NCBI GenBank assembly: GCA_000434115.1
Contig: FR894025.1
Coordinates: 1-44,051 of the forward strand
Source: Roseburia sp. CAG:309
Lineage (GTDB): Bacteria; Bacillota; Clostridia; Lachnospirales; Lachnospiraceae
Length of the DNA stretch: 44,051 nucleotides
Direction: 5' to 3'
Positions within the stretch are counted from its first letter, which is position 1, and every line of letters begins with the position of its first letter. The position numbers and the translations under genes are program-made. The notes under the pieces were generated by a model. The model did not search any database and was not told where the DNA came from. It was given only the letters and a program-made list of their open reading frames with translations. Positions 1-9,034 of this stretch are shown here, piece after piece.

Positions 1-1044
1 TTCAAAATAATCAATCTTCATCGCATGTTTTACTTCCAAAAGTGTCTGCGCTGCGACCTCACGTGCCTTTACACTGCCCTCGCGGAGAATTTCCATGACA
101 GCCGGAATGTCTTTTTCCAATTCATGGCGGCGTGCCTGGATTGGCTCGAGTTCTTCCATCAAAACGGCATAGAGGAACTTCTTCACTTTGACATCGCCGA
201 GCCCACCTTTGGTATAGTGATCTTTCAGTTCCTGAAGGTTGGCATATTCCGGAAGATGATGTTCGAAGTGAGCGTCGTTACAAAAGGCATCCAGATAAGT
301 AAATACCGTGTTCCCTTCGAGTTTTCCGGGATCTTCGATGCGGATGTGATCCGGATCGGTGTACATACTCATGACCTTTTTGCGGATATCGTCCGGGGTG
401 TCCGAAAGATAGATGCAGTTGCCAAGAGATTTACTCATTTTTGCTTTTCCATCGGTTCCCGGAAGGCGCATACAAGCCTGATTATTTGGGAGAAATGCTT
501 TTGGCATAACGAGAACTTCTTCTCCGTAAATACTGTTAAAACTATGCACGATCTCGCGAGCCTGTTCCAGCATTGGGAGCTGGTCCTCGCCCACAGGCAC
601 GACATTTGCTTTAAAAGCTGTGATATCAGCTGCCTGACTGATCGGATAGGTAAAAAATCCGACAGGGATACTGGAATTAAATCCGCGGAGCTGAATTTCA
701 CTTTTTACGGTAGGATTTCGTTTTAAACGCGAAACCGTTACAAGATTGGCATAATAAAAAGTCAATTCTGTCAATTCAGAGATATAGGATTGAACAAATA
801 ACGTAGATTTTGCCGGATCCAATCCACAGGACATGTAGTCCAAGGCAACCTCAGAGATGTTGCTGCGTACTTTGTCCGGATTGTCAAAGTTATCTGTTAA
901 AGCCTGCGCATCTGCAATCATAATATATACTGAATCATATTCGCCCGAGTTTTGAAGCTCGACGCGGCGTTTTAAGGAGCCGACATAATGTCCGACATGA
1001 AGTCTGCCGGTAGGACGGTCTCCGGTTAGAATTATTTTACTCAT
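1..1044 (-). CDS. trpS: Tryptophanyl-tRNA synthetase, 3' end cut by the window edge
   Basis: Hand translation from ATG 1044 gives [24 protein letters not shown] (HIGH-type motif) and IADAQALT. The same frame ends AMKIDYFE at base 1. SD AGGAAAGGA lies upstream. Not in the ORF track because its stop is outside the window. Confidence 0.95.
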   Translation of the reverse strand, partial: MSKIILTGDRPTGRLHVGHYVGSLKRRVELQNSGEYDSVYIMIADAQALTDNFDNPDKVRSNISEVALDYMSCGLDPAKSTLFVQSYISELTELTFYYANLVTVSRLKRNPTVKSEIQLRGFNSSIPVGFFTYPISQAADITAFKANVVPVGEDQLPMLEQAREIVHSFNSIYGEEVLVMPKAFLPNNQACMRLPGTDGKAKMSKSLGNCIYLSDTPDDIRKKVMSMYTDPDHIRIEDPGKLEGNTVFTYLDAFCNDAHFEHHLPEYANLQELKDHYTKGGLGDVKVKKFLYAVLMEELEPIQARRHELEKDIPAVMEILREGSVKAREVAAQTLLEVKHAMKIDYFE

Positions 1045-1090
1045 ACTAATATCCTTTCCTGCATTTCTGCATTGCACTGTACCTCAAAAC

Positions 1091-1119
1091 ATTATATCAA
1101 TAAACACAGAAATATGCAA
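1091..1119 (-). promoter_or_regulatory. SigA-type promoter of trpS
   Basis: Minus strand TTGCAT-17 bp-TATAAT with TG extended -10. Confidence 0.75.
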
Positions 1120-1125
1120 GAACGA

Positions 1126-1154
1126 TTGCAAAAAAAGGAAAAGTATGGTATACT
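1126..1154 (+). promoter_or_regulatory. SigA-type promoter of the GH10 gene
   Basis: TTGCAA-17 bp-TATACT with TG extended -10. Confidence 0.75.
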
Positions 1155-1222
1155 ATAGAAGTTATTTTACATAAAAACTATATAATATTTTCGTCAACGA
1201 AATGCAAAAACAGGAGGTAGTT

Positions 1223-2410
1223 ATGAGACTTAGAAAATGGAGTATTGGTGTATGCGCAGCATTGGGGCTGGCATTGTGCCTGACCGGATGTGGACAGAGT
1301 GAGCAGAAAGAGACGAAAAATCAGCCGACGACAGCGGCAGTGACAGCATCGGCAGTTACGGATTCGAAAAGCGATGCGAAAACGTTGAAAGAAGCCTTTG
1401 ACGGCGATTTTAAAGTGGGTGTGACGACGACATCCGGGTATCTGAGTGAAGCAGACCGAGTTGCCCAAATAAAGGAAAATTTTAACAGCATTACGATGGA
1501 AAATGAAATGAAACCGGAAAGTCTTTTGGACTGGGAAGGGTCCGAGAAGAGCAAAGACGGAATGCCGGCGATCAAAGAAGAAACGTTGGAAAAGGCGCTG
1601 AAGGCAGCCCGGGAAGTGGGGATTCCGCTTCGAGGACATACTTTGGTGTGGTATAGTCAGACACCGAAGTGGTTCTTTTCCAAGAAATATGATCCGTCAA
1701 AGGGGTATGTGGATAAGGCAACGATGAAGAAGCGCATGGAAAGTTATATTAAGCAAGTTCTTACCTATTGTAAAGAAAATTACCCGGGTGTGGTATATGC
1801 CTGGGATGTCGTCAATGAGGCAGTCGGCGACGACGGAAATTACCGCACGGAAAGCATGTGGTATGAGACCTATGGCGATTTTTCATATATTAAGGATGCG
1901 TTTACATTTGCAAGAAAATATGCCGAGGAGGGAACCAAACTTTTCCTCAACGATTATAACGAGTATATAGCACAGAAACGAGATCTTTTGTACGCGAAAG
2001 TAGTAGAACTTCACGATGCCGGCATACTTGATGGTGTGGGCATGCAAAGCCATTGGGATATGGAGGTTCCATCCGTTGATCTGTTTGAGACGGCACTCGA
2101 AAAATATGCCTCAATCGATGGCATCGAGATTCAATTGACAGAAATTGACATGCACAATACCGACGATTCCGAAGAGGGATTGAAAAAGCAGGCAGAGCGT
2201 TACAAAGAATTTTTCGATGTGGTTACGAAAATGAAGCGGGAGGGAAAAGCGAATATTACTTGTGTGACATTTTGGGGACTGAAAGATGGCGAATCCTGGC
2301 TGAGTGGAGTGAAAGGGGAGACCAGTTATCCGCTTTTGTTTACCGATGACATGGAGAAGAAGCCATGTTATGAAAGCATTCTGGAAGCAGGAAAGACCGG
2401 CGGAAAATAA
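1223..2410 (+). CDS. GH10 endo-1,4-beta-xylanase family lipoprotein
   Basis: Motifs ENEMK, RGHTLVW, WDVVNE (acid/base), GMQSH, TEID (nucleophile) and TFWG; lipobox LTGC. SD CAGGAGG favours ATG 1223 over 1202. Confidence 0.92.
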   Translation: MRLRKWSIGVCAALGLALCLTGCGQSEQKETKNQPTTAAVTASAVTDSKSDAKTLKEAFDGDFKVGVTTTSGYLSEADRVAQIKENFNSITMENEMKPESLLDWEGSEKSKDGMPAIKEETLEKALKAAREVGIPLRGHTLVWYSQTPKWFFSKKYDPSKGYVDKATMKKRMESYIKQVLTYCKENYPGVVYAWDVVNEAVGDDGNYRTESMWYETYGDFSYIKDAFTFARKYAEEGTKLFLNDYNEYIAQKRDLLYAKVVELHDAGILDGVGMQSHWDMEVPSVDLFETALEKYASIDGIEIQLTEIDMHNTDDSEEGLKKQAERYKEFFDVVTKMKREGKANITCVTFWGLKDGESWLSGVKGETSYPLLFTDDMEKKPCYESILEAGKTGGK

Positions 2411-2527
2411 TTTTCGGCTTGTCATACGCCGTGATTTGTGATAATATTAAAAAATGATAGCGTCATTTGAACCTATTTCATCTGACGCTATTTATTACTA
2501 TATAGGTATCAGAAATGAGGTTTTCAG

Positions 2528-3853
2528 ATGACTGAACTCAAGAATGGAAAGAAAATAAAAACGGATATTTTGATTGTGGGAAGCGGGGCAGCAGGATTGT
2601 ATTGTGCGCTGAAACTTCCGAAAGAAAAACAGATTGTCATCATTACAAAAGAAGATGCGGAAAGCAGCGATTCTTTTCTGGCACAGGGCGGTATGTGTGT
2701 GCTGAAATCCGAGGACGATTACGATAGTTATTTTGAAGATACGATGCGCGCCGGTCATTATAAAAACCGAAAAGAATCGGTGGATATTATGATCCGGTCT
2801 TCGCAGAATATTGTGAAGGAACTGATCGGATATGGTGTGGAATTTGAGCAGGAAAATGGAAAACTTCTATATACAAGAGAGGGTGGACATTCGACACATC
2901 GTATTGTTTTTCATGAGGATATCACCGGAAAAGAAATTACAAGCAAATTGCTGGCGGCGGTGAAAAAGTGCGAAAATGTGAAGCTGCTGGAGTATATGAC
3001 GATGATCGATCTGCTCACCGATGGAAAGACGTGTGCGGGGGCAGTTACCATCGATAAAGAGGGTACAAAGCAGGTGATCGTGGCGGAAGATACCGTGCTT
3101 GCCTGTGGGGGCCTGGGCGGACTATATGAACATTCGACCAATTTCCGTCATTTGACGGGAGACGCGCTGGCGATTGCCCTTTCACATAATATCCGATTGG
3201 AAAATATTGATTATATACAGATCCATCCGACGACATTGTATTCGAAAAAGCCGGGAAGACGGTTTTTGATCTCAGAATCCGTGCGCGGAGAGGGAGCGAT
3301 ACTGCTGGATAAAAATGGAAATCGTTTTGTCAATGAACTCTTGCCGAGAGATCTTTTGACGCAGAAAGAATATGAGCAGATGAAGAAAGATGATATGCCG
3401 TATGTTTGTCTGAGTCTGGCACCGATCAAGGAAGACGAGATCAAAGGGCATTTTCCGAATATATACCAAAGATGTCTGGAGGAAGGATACGATGTGACCA
3501 GAGATCCGATTCCGGTTGTGCCGGCACAGCATTATTTTATGGGCGGCATTTGGGTTGATTCTGAAAAAAGCAGGACGTCGGCAGAACATTTATACGCAAT
3601 TGGCGAGACAAGCTGCAATGGTGTTCATGGAGCCAATCGTCTGGCAAGCAATTCTCTTTTGGAAAGTCTTGTGTTCGCGGGACGTGCGGCAAAGAGTATT
3701 GCAGAAAATCCGGGAACGGTCAATGAAACGATGTTAGAGACAATAGACCTAAACCAATATGAAGATCTTGATAAACTTCGTGAAGAATATAAAAAACTCG
3801 TATTGGATGAGATCAAGCGAGTCAAAGAAGCGAGAAAAGGAGAAGAACAATGA
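2528..3853 (+). CDS. nadB: L-aspartate oxidase
   Basis: GSGAAG FAD motif, AQGG, EGGHS, QIHPT, SESVRGEG, HYFMGG, HGANRLASNSLLE; overlaps nadC. Confidence 0.95.
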   Translation: MTELKNGKKIKTDILIVGSGAAGLYCALKLPKEKQIVIITKEDAESSDSFLAQGGMCVLKSEDDYDSYFEDTMRAGHYKNRKESVDIMIRSSQNIVKELIGYGVEFEQENGKLLYTREGGHSTHRIVFHEDITGKEITSKLLAAVKKCENVKLLEYMTMIDLLTDGKTCAGAVTIDKEGTKQVIVAEDTVLACGGLGGLYEHSTNFRHLTGDALAIALSHNIRLENIDYIQIHPTTLYSKKPGRRFLISESVRGEGAILLDKNGNRFVNELLPRDLLTQKEYEQMKKDDMPYVCLSLAPIKEDEIKGHFPNIYQRCLEEGYDVTRDPIPVVPAQHYFMGGIWVDSEKSRTSAEHLYAIGETSCNGVHGANRLASNSLLESLVFAGRAAKSIAENPGTVNETMLETIDLNQYEDLDKLREEYKKLVLDEIKRVKEARKGEEQ

Positions 3854-4704
3854 ATACAATAACGATGCAGTTAAACGCAGATGAACTGATCTTACAGGCG
3901 CTGCGCGAAGATATTACGAGTGAGGATATTACGACCAATGCCGTAATGCCGGAGAAAAAGCTGGGAAGGGTAGAATTGATCTGTAAGCAGGATGGCGTGA
4001 TCGCCGGACTGGATGTATTTGCCCGCGTATTTTCCCTGCTGGATCCGGCGACAGAAATTACCTTTTTCTGTAAAGACGGCGATGAAGTGAAAAATGGTCA
4101 GAAGATGGCTGTGCTGACAGGCGATATTCGTATTTTGCTTTCCGGAGAGCGTGTAGCGCTAAATTATCTGCAGCGCATGAGCGGAATCGCGACTTACACC
4201 AAATCAATCGCAAAACTGTTGGAAGGTACCAAGACAAAGCTTTTGGATACGAGAAAGACGACACCGAATATGCGAGTATTTGAAAAATATGCCGTAAAGG
4301 TCGGAGGTGGATACAATCACCGTTATAACCTTTCCGATGGTGTGCTTTTGAAAGACAATCACATCGGAGCTGCCGGAAGTGTGACGAAAGCGGGTCAGAT
4401 GGCAAAGGAGTACGCGCCATTTGTAAGAAAGATTGAGATCGAAGTTGAGAATCTTGATATGGTAAAAGAGGCTGTAGAGGCCGGTGCCGATATCATTATG
4501 CTTGACAATATGACGCCGGAAGATATGACAAAAGCCATCGAGATCATTGATGGACGTGCAGAGACCGAGTGCTCGGGAAATGTTACGAGAGAAAATGTTG
4601 ACCGCCTTACGAAGATTGGTGTCGATTATATCTCCAGCGGAGCATTGACACATTCTGCGCCGATTTTGGATATTTCATTGAAAAATCTGCATCCGGTAGA
4701 ATGA
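3850..4704 (+). CDS. nadC: Nicotinate-nucleotide pyrophosphorylase (quinolinate phosphoribosyltransferase)
   Basis: DTRKTTP, HRYNLSD, KDNH, EIEVE, MLDN, GALTHS motifs; ATGA overlap with nadB. Confidence 0.96.
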   Translation: MNTITMQLNADELILQALREDITSEDITTNAVMPEKKLGRVELICKQDGVIAGLDVFARVFSLLDPATEITFFCKDGDEVKNGQKMAVLTGDIRILLSGERVALNYLQRMSGIATYTKSIAKLLEGTKTKLLDTRKTTPNMRVFEKYAVKVGGGYNHRYNLSDGVLLKDNHIGAAGSVTKAGQMAKEYAPFVRKIEIEVENLDMVKEAVEAGADIIMLDNMTPEDMTKAIEIIDGRAETECSGNVTRENVDRLTKIGVDYISSGALTHSAPILDISLKNLHPVE

Positions 4705-4792
4705 TTTGAAAGATTGAGGTAACTATTCAGGACGCCTCTCCTCCACATTCGCCTTTCCAACACTTCGTGTTCTTTTCTCGCCTTTGACAAGG

Positions 4793-4830
4793 CTAAAAAT
4801 GCTCCGCGTGATCTCGGAGCATTTTTTTAG
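4793..4830 (+). terminator. Intrinsic terminator after nadC
   Basis: AAAAATGCTCCG-loop-CGGAGCATTTTTTT. Confidence 0.8.
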
Positions 4831-4843
4831 TTTCTTAAACGTG

Positions 4844-4871
4844 AAAAAGAACCGCCGTCACGGTTCTTTTT
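4844..4871 (-). terminator. Bidirectional-type terminator closing the candidate sRNA and/or the DUF2207-like transcript
   Basis: Perfect inverted repeat AAAAAGAACCG-ccgtca-CGGTTCTTTTT. Confidence 0.8.
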
Positions 4872-4962
4872 CTGAAAGAGGAGTTTTATGAAAAAATATC
4901 AAAAATAAGATAACTACCAAAATTAAGTTTTATAAGTTGAAGTTGTTTATCTTTAACTTATG
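4844..4962 (-). ncRNA. Candidate small regulatory RNA with anti-SD/anti-AUG core
   Basis: Minus-strand -10 TATACT (4968-4973), 5' hairpin AUAAGUU/AACUUAU, U-rich core UUUUUUCAUAAAACUCCUCUUUC and a terminator. Inferred from architecture only. Confidence 0.6.
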
Positions 4963-5062
4963 GTCTTAGTATATACTTAAAATGTGAATAAATGATGTTC
5001 AAATTTTCGAAAATTTGTGAACGTTTTGTAAAAACGACTTTCTTAGTTCGTTTATACAATTT

Positions 5063-7012
5063 TTATCGGAAGCCGCCACCGGAAGAATGTCCTCCGGCAC
5101 CCCCGCCACCGCCGGAAAAACTTCGTCCACCGCGTCCACCGCGCCCTTTGGAAGGAGACGACGTCATGACCATGCGGGCAGAGGACATCGTTGTATTAAG
5201 TGAAGAAGCAAAGGCACGTGTGGTGTAAAGGTTGCTTCCATGATACCAGCGTGCCGGTTCGATAGCGATATCTTCAAATTTATCAATCCATTTGTCCGAA
5301 ACTCCCAATACATAAGTGTAAGGAAGAATATCATAAAAATAGGATGGATTTTCGGTTACCAGCATTTCAAGCCGGTCTTTATCGGCAACTTCCAAAAAAT
5401 GTTTAAAGCCACGAATGCGGCCTAACATTTCCGTCCCATACGGGGTACGCTTTGGCACAAGATAGCGGAAAATTGCCATGCCAAAGGAGCAGATAATGGA
5501 AAAGATAAGCATCTGCAGAAAAAACGGTGCGGTGTAAGCTAATTTTACTAACGATGTGATGATGGAACTGAGCCCGAAAAGGATACTCCATACGATTAAA
5601 AATATTTTGTTGCTGATGCCTGGTTTCGAAGGAAGTTGTGTCAACACAAGAAGGGCTGTCAGAGGAAACAAACTTAAAAAGAAGGCAATTGACAGATCGC
5701 CTTCTGCCGCATAAAGGGAACGCACCAGACCGCAAAGCAGAGACAGAACGATCATCAAAGTGATAGGAAGTCTTTTTGACAAAGAAGAAGATTCAAAAAT
5801 AATCTTCTGGTTATCTTTACTGTTCATATCATCTGCGATGTCTCCTAAAACACGGTAAAATTTATTGGTCAGCATACTTTTTGACACAATCGTTCGTCCG
5901 GCAAATAAACCATCAAAAAAACGTTGTTCAATGGAGTTGACACCATCATAATCTTTTTCTTTTTTCAAGATAAAATCGCTCGATTTTATCAATCCTCCAA
6001 GTGTTTCTTCCGTTTTGGCTTCGATGGAAAGATATCCTTTGGAAGCAAGATAGACAATCATGGAAGTAAGGTCCTCGTTTGTGACCTTGCCTTTATAGAG
6101 AAGAGCAATTTCGGCACTGTTGTGGTCATCCGGAGGATAAAATTCTGTGACATCGACCGGCTTGTCATCGTGTCCCCAGATAAACCAGATCAGAAAAGTT
6201 CCAATCAAAAGTATGAAAGGGATGGCGAAGATCAGATAATCATAAAACCGGATCGTGGCAGGAGTTATGGCATCTTTTTTCGCCTGTTCGCAGATGGCAT
6301 CAAAAGACACACCTCGCTCTACTGCTGTAGAAAAAGTGCGGTCCGGAAATTGAATTAAAGCTGTCATATAATGGGACGAAGGGAGAGCGCCTTGTGAATC
6401 CATGCGCACACCGCCGTTTTCAAACATAATCGTGCCATTCGGATAACCAAATGCCCAGATTTTTGCGTTATTTTCATTTAGTTTCAGCATATTTGAGTGA
6501 ATATACACGGAAACGTTGTCCGGATTTTGCTTCATCTGTTCCGGGATAAAACTAAAATAAAGTCCCTGCGCATCTTCGTATTGATTGATAATGTTGGTAA
6601 TATTGTATGTAAGCGTGTAAGTCCGGTTTCCGTATTTGGTGATTCCCCAGCAAAGCTCAAGTGTACCGCCGTTGTTAACGATGCCGCATTTTTCCCGTTT
6701 GTCTACAAAAAAGCCATTCGTATCCCAGTGATCCTGCAGTTCATAATGGTTTCCCAAGTCATCACTGACAGAAAAATCGGTGATTTCGCAGGCACCCAGA
6801 TTTCCATATGGCCGGTAGCCTTCCGTTCCCTGGTAGACAGAAGCCTGCCAGACTTCTTTGATATGAGCGGTTCCGTTTGCATCGATCGAAACATCCATAT
6901 CGATTCGCTCAATGGAATTGCTGTCCTCCGCATAAGCCGCCTCCGGCAAAAAGAGGCAGGAGAGCAAAAGCAGTCCCCATAAGAAAATAGTTGCAAAAAA
7001 TGATTTTTTCAT
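5063..7012 (-). CDS. DUF2207-like membrane protein
   Basis: Signal peptide, extracellular N-domain, several TM segments, GFKHFL and LPYTYVLGV motifs and a Gly-rich C-terminal tail, typical of this family. Confidence 0.8.
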   Translation of the reverse strand: MKKSFFATIFLWGLLLLSCLFLPEAAYAEDSNSIERIDMDVSIDANGTAHIKEVWQASVYQGTEGYRPYGNLGACEITDFSVSDDLGNHYELQDHWDTNGFFVDKREKCGIVNNGGTLELCWGITKYGNRTYTLTYNITNIINQYEDAQGLYFSFIPEQMKQNPDNVSVYIHSNMLKLNENNAKIWAFGYPNGTIMFENGGVRMDSQGALPSSHYMTALIQFPDRTFSTAVERGVSFDAICEQAKKDAITPATIRFYDYLIFAIPFILLIGTFLIWFIWGHDDKPVDVTEFYPPDDHNSAEIALLYKGKVTNEDLTSMIVYLASKGYLSIEAKTEETLGGLIKSSDFILKKEKDYDGVNSIEQRFFDGLFAGRTIVSKSMLTNKFYRVLGDIADDMNSKDNQKIIFESSSLSKRLPITLMIVLSLLCGLVRSLYAAEGDLSIAFFLSLFPLTALLVLTQLPSKPGISNKIFLIVWSILFGLSSIITSLVKLAYTAPFFLQMLIFSIICSFGMAIFRYLVPKRTPYGTEMLGRIRGFKHFLEVADKDRLEMLVTENPSYFYDILPYTYVLGVSDKWIDKFEDIAIEPARWYHGSNLYTTRAFASSLNTTMSSARMVMTSSPSKGRGGRGGRSFSGGGGGAGGHSSGGGFR

Positions 7013-7369
7013 AAAAATCCCCCTTTGTTATGGTAGTGTTAGATTCATTGTATCATAGGTGGCAGGACATTTTCAACCTATTATACAACAAGTGTGTAAA
7101 TAGTAGAAGTGTGATAGTATTGTAAGCTATTGACAAAATCTTGCTTTTTAGTATACGGGTAATAGTGTGATTTTTATGAGCTGTGGGAGGAACTGACATT
7201 TCATTATCAGCAGGAAAAAGAAATTGTTTTCGTTGGTAATGAAGAAATTGATCGCACACCTGCCAAAAAGGAAGTGGAAGAAGTATCCGGTTTTATACCT
7301 CGGAAGTGCATGGGAATATTGTCCATGCAGTTTCGGTATGAGGGAGACTTCGACGAAATGGAAAAGGCA

Positions 7370-7398
7370 TTGTATTTTGCCTTGTTTTGTGCTATAAT
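7370..7398 (+). promoter_or_regulatory. SigA-type promoter of the MCP gene
   Basis: TTGTAT-17 bp-TATAAT with TG extended -10. Confidence 0.65.
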
Positions 7399-7456
7399 TT
7401 AAGGACAAATTTATTGCCCGTTTTTTAAGGAAAACAGGAGAGCAAGGAGGTCACTT

Positions 7457-8788
7457 ATGGAGGCAGGAAAACAAGTACAGCAAGTGAAAAAGCAGCTTAC
7501 GATACATAAGTACATGCATATGCAGTTTTTACGTATCGGGTTTGCAGTTAGTGGCGTCGTGGGTGTGCTGGCATTGATCGGTATTTATGAAGGTGTATTG
7601 CTGGCAAAAGAAGATACAAAATTTGATTTGGCAACAGGAGCAAAAATTGCTATTATCGTAGGTGTGATTCTGGCAATTGTAGTGATCAGTATTGCCGGAG
7701 TCGATCTGTTTTTAAATAAGATCGCAAATCAGGTGATTCGCCGAGTGAAAGAACCGATTGATATTATGGATCATGCGATGGATGAGTTGGCGAAAGGAAA
7801 TCTGGATGCCAAGATCGAGTATCAGATGCAGGATGAATTTGTCAATATGATGGAAAATACCAATTTTGCCATGCAGGAATTGAAACGGTATATTGACGAT
7901 ATTTCGATGAATTTGAAGCAGATCAGTGCGAAAGATATTGATCTGGAAGAAGTTCAGAAATACATCGGAGATTTCGCGGAGATTGAAGATTCCATGACAG
8001 AGATTCTGAGTAGTTTAAATACGACATTGAAAGAAATGAAAGAATCGTTTGGACAAGTTTGTGATGGGGCGGATACACTGGCGCAGTCGGCACAGTCGAT
8101 GGCAGATGGTGCACAGCAGCAGTCGGAGCATATCCGGAGCCTTGTGGATAATATCGGAAATGTTTCCAATTCGGTACATGACAACACAAGCAAAGCGGAT
8201 GAAGTGGAAAAACTTTCCAGAGATGCGGTACAGCAGATGCAGGAAGGCGAAGATAAGATGAATGATCTTGTCAAGGCAATGGATCTGATCCGCGAAGAGT
8301 CCAATGAAATTGCAAATATTATTGAAGTCATTGGTGGTATTGCAGAGCAGACCAATCTGCTTGCTCTCAATGCTTCGATTGAGGCAGCGCGTGCCGGAGA
8401 GCATGGAAAAGGTTTTGCGGTTGTTGCGGGAGAGATTGGAACACTGGCGGGTTCGAGTGCTGAAGCTGCACAAAATATCACGGATCTGATCCATAAGAGC
8501 ATTTCCGCTGTAAATAACGGTGTATCGCTTACCGGAGAGACGGTGCATATGATGGATGGTATTACGAAGATTTCAGAAGAAATCTCCACTCACATCACAG
8601 AGATCACGCAGGCGACCAAAGAGCAGGATTCCTATCTTCAGGATATGCTTACTTCTGCCGGAGAAATCGCGGCGGTAGTGGATAAGAATACAGCATCTGC
8701 ACAGGAAAGTTCGGCACTTTCACAGGAACTTCTCAGTGAAATGGAGAATGCGATGGAATTGATCGATCAATACAAACTGCGTGCATAA
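7457..8788 (+). CDS. Methyl-accepting chemotaxis protein
   Basis: Two TM helices, a HAMP-like region and the hairpin tip [39 protein letters not shown]. Confidence 0.95.
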   Translation: MEAGKQVQQVKKQLTIHKYMHMQFLRIGFAVSGVVGVLALIGIYEGVLLAKEDTKFDLATGAKIAIIVGVILAIVVISIAGVDLFLNKIANQVIRRVKEPIDIMDHAMDELAKGNLDAKIEYQMQDEFVNMMENTNFAMQELKRYIDDISMNLKQISAKDIDLEEVQKYIGDFAEIEDSMTEILSSLNTTLKEMKESFGQVCDGADTLAQSAQSMADGAQQQSEHIRSLVDNIGNVSNSVHDNTSKADEVEKLSRDAVQQMQEGEDKMNDLVKAMDLIREESNEIANIIEVIGGIAEQTNLLALNASIEAARAGEHGKGFAVVAGEIGTLAGSSAEAAQNITDLIHKSISAVNNGVSLTGETVHMMDGITKISEEISTHITEITQATKEQDSYLQDMLTSAGEIAAVVDKNTASAQESSALSQELLSEMENAMELIDQYKLRA

Positions 8789-8922
8789 TAGTATAGAAGA
8801 AATGATACGTTATCCCGGTTTCTTGTACTGCCAAGAGCCGGGATTTTACTCGATTTATGTGAGAAAAGAAAAGATGCTGTCGGGATCTGCCGACAGCTTT
8901 TTGAAAAAAGAGAGTTTTTCTC

Positions 8923-8951
8923 TTGCAATTTAGAGGGAAAGTCGGTATGAT
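8923..8951 (+). promoter_or_regulatory. SigA-type promoter for the small ORF and TPR gene
   Basis: TTGCAA-17 bp-TATGAT. Confidence 0.6.
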
Positions 8952-9034
8952 ATTTCATAGAGAAAATGTAATTATTCAGGATTACGGTGCAGAATAGTTA
9001 CGAGAAAATATAACGAGAAAGGGAGGCGGATGAC

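Noticed and set aside
25..726. 233-aa + strand ORF in the track
   Set aside because: It is the antisense shadow of trpS, which has clear motifs on the minus strand.
4888..4908. Mini-ORF MKKYQK with strong SD GAGGAG on the + strand
   Set aside because: It lies right after two terminators with no + strand promoter and is better explained as the complement of the sRNA core. Not fully excluded.
5015..5032. Rex operator (TTGTGAA-N4-TTCACAA)
   Set aside because: The right half is TTGTAAA, which fits a direct repeat better than the Rex palindrome.
4875..7026. Invertible segment flanked by inverted repeats at 4875-4897 and 7003-7026
   Set aside because: No recombinase is nearby, and the mismatches between the arms are mostly G-U compatible, which favours RNA pairing over DNA inversion.
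7166..7402. Open frame CDFYELWEELTFHYQQEKEIVF... downstream of a TTGACA promoter-like site
   Set aside because: No start codon with SD at its 5' end and no recognisable family. It may be a gene remnant, but I cannot support that.
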